A DNA stretch of 33,308 nucleotides, from NCBI GenBank assembly GCA_964580415.1, contig CAZOMH010000001.1, positions 1-33,308 on the forward strand. The letters run 5' to 3'. The notes beneath the pieces are model-generated. The model made no database searches and was not told the DNA's origin. It saw nothing but the letters and a program-made list of their open reading frames with translations. Source of the stretch: an uncultured Nitrospirales bacterium (GTDB lineage Bacteria; Hydrogenedentota; Hydrogenedentia; Hydrogenedentales; CAITNO01). The number at the start of each line of letters is the position of its first letter. Position 1 is the first letter of the stretch. The translations under genes were made by a program, and so were the position numbers. Shown piece after piece: positions 31,783-33,308 of the stretch.

Positions 31783-33308
31783 GTGGAGATAAGCCTGCAT
31801 GGCATAGGCGTGTCGCCGGGCATTGTAATCGCCCCCGCCCTGGTCTTTCTCAAGAGCCGGTGGGAGGTGCCCCAGTATGACATCGATTCCCCCGAACGGG
31901 AGCTTTGCCGTTTTAACCGCGCCGTGGACGCCTCCCGCGAGGACCTTGTCCGCCTGATCAAGCAGACCACCACCGGCTTGGGGAAGACCCACGCCGATAT
32001 TTTCTACGCCCATTTGATGCTGCTCGACGATGTGGTCGTCCATGAAGAGGTGCGCGAGCACATCATGGCGGACCGCAAGAACGCGGAGTACGTTATCGAC
32101 GGCCTGGCCAGGCGCTATGCGAAGGCCATGGAATCCGTGGAGGACCCGCGTTTTCGCGAACGCACCGCCGACCTGCTTGATGTGACCGACCGTGTGCTCG
32201 GCCATTTGCTGCACGTTGAAAAGCCCAACCTGAAGTCACTGCCGCAGCCGAGCATTGTGGTGGCCCATGAACTGTCGCCCTCGGACACGGCGTCCATGGA
32301 CGCCGAAAACACGCTTGGCCTGGCCATGGACGTGGGCAGCCCCACCTCGCACTCGGCAATTCTGGCGCGCGCGCTGGAAATTCCCGCGGTGGTGGGGGTG
32401 CAGCACCTCAGCAGCCACGTCGCGCCCGGCGCCGTGATCATCATGGACGGGACCGAGGGGGTTGTCATTGTCAACGCCGAAGACGCGACCATAGCGCGCT
32501 ACCGAAGCGCCCAGACGCGCTTCGAAAAGCGCCGCGCAACCCTGCTCAGCGCGACCGAAACGGGGCCGTCCCGCACCGGAGACGGCGTCAATATTCTTAT
32601 CCAGTCCAACATAGAGCTTCCGATTGAAATACCCCACAGCCTCAAGGTGAACGCCGAGGGAATCGGTTTGTACCGCACCGAATTTCTGTTCCTCAACCGG
32701 AACGAGGTGCCCGGCGAGGAGGAGCAGTACGAGGCGTACTCCGACGTGGCGCGCGCGCTGTTCCCCCTGCCCGTGACCCTGCGCACCATAGACATCGGCG
32801 GCGACAAACTGGTGGCGCATTTGCAGGTGCTCCACGAGGACAACCCCCAGCTCGGCTGGCGCGCCGTGCGCTTCTGCCTGGCCCGCCCGGACATATTCAA
32901 GCCGCAGTTGCGCGCCATGCTGCGCGCCTCGGTCCACGGCAACGTCCGCATCATGTTTCCCATGATCAGCGGCGTCGAGGAGCTTCGTGACGTCAGGCGC
33001 GTGCTTGACGAGGTTCGCGCCGACCTCGACGCGGCCAATATTCCCTATGACCGCGGGATGAAGGTCGGCTCGATGATTGAGGTGCCTTCGGCCGTGATGA
33101 TTGCCGACCTGCTTGCCAAAGAGTGCGATTTCTTCAGCATCGGCACCAACGACCTTATCCAGTACTCGCTCGCGGTGGACCGCGTAAACGAGAAGATTGC
33201 GCACCTCTACGAGCCGGCACATCCGGGCGTGTTGCGCATGATCAGCCGGGTTACCACGGCGGCGGTGGCGCGCGGAGAACCGGAAGAACCGGTCCGCCGC
33301 GGCAAGCG
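31783..33308 (+). CDS. ptsI: Phosphoenolpyruvate-protein phosphotransferase (PTS Enzyme I); the 3' end runs off the right window edge
   Basis: Not in the ORF track because there is no stop in the window. Hand translation from GTG 31783 (GGAG 8 nt upstream): (M)[21 protein letters not shown]...[27 protein letters not shown] (phospho-His region)...[11 protein letters not shown]...[11 protein letters not shown]...[18 protein letters not shown]. The frame is open to position 33308. Confidence 0.92.
   Translation, partial: MEISLHGIGVSPGIVIAPALVFLKSRWEVPQYDIDSPERELCRFNRAVDASREDLVRLIKQTTTGLGKTHADIFYAHLMLLDDVVVHEEVREHIMADRKNAEYVIDGLARRYAKAMESVEDPRFRERTADLLDVTDRVLGHLLHVEKPNLKSLPQPSIVVAHELSPSDTASMDAENTLGLAMDVGSPTSHSAILARALEIPAVVGVQHLSSHVAPGAVIIMDGTEGVVIVNAEDATIARYRSAQTRFEKRRATLLSATETGPSRTGDGVNILIQSNIELPIEIPHSLKVNAEGIGLYRTEFLFLNRNEVPGEEEQYEAYSDVARALFPLPVTLRTIDIGGDKLVAHLQVLHEDNPQLGWRAVRFCLARPDIFKPQLRAMLRASVHGNVRIMFPMISGVEELRDVRRVLDEVRADLDAANIPYDRGMKVGSMIEVPSAVMIADLLAKECDFFSIGTNDLIQYSLAVDRVNEKIAHLYEPAHPGVLRMISRVTTAAVARGEPEEPVRRGK

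Noticed and set aside
1-33308. tRNA, rRNA, integrase/transposase genes, toxin-antitoxin pairs, and island-flanking direct repeats
   Set aside because: Visual inspection of the intergenic regions found none. This is a by-eye negative result and should be confirmed with tRNAscan-SE, Infernal/Rfam and ISfinder-type searches.

Overview
High-G+C bacterial chromosomal window; sampled 60-nt stretches outside the island are about 58-68% G+C. I support 21 protein-coding genes, no rRNA or tRNA genes, and no CRISPR array. The gene content (DUF5107/TPR protein, several ECF sigma factors, carboxypeptidase-regulatory-like beta-sandwich arrays, HprK/HPr/EI without EII) resembles PVC-type bacteria, but that is only an inference. 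Two genes run off the window edges and so are missing from the supplied ORF track. They are a BlaR1-like M56 peptidase/sensor (1..3177, minus) and ptsI (31783..33308, plus); I read both by hand. Gene order: blaI/blaR1-like pair; family-I CoA-transferase; small membrane protein plus DUF5107/TPR protein; secreted esterase; uvrC translationally coupled to a membrane alpha/beta-hydrolase with an Ala/Lys/Pro histone-H1-like tail; dCMP deaminase; membrane HKD/PLD protein with 33-bp coding repeats; a minus-strand cluster of a sigma-factor::TM::beta-sandwich giant fusion, a standalone ECF sigma and an overlapping membrane partner; a glycoside hydrolase; a low-G+C (about 48-50%) insert carrying an McrBC-type restriction module; then hpf-hprK-GH57-ptsH-ptsI. 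The best candidate for something unusual is the mcrBC island. Its GTPase subunit carries an N-terminal extension of about 530 aa: one unrecognised domain plus two PUA/EVE-like modules. Second is the membrane-tethered sigma factor fused to about 900 aa (roughly 860-950) of extracytoplasmic repeats. Several intergenic regions hold structured repeats that no gene explains: a phased palindrome array upstream of uvrC, a duplicated hairpin+box element upstream of the DUF5107 gene, and an orphan terminator-like hairpin. Most long antisense ORFs in the track are high-G+C shadow frames and were rejected.
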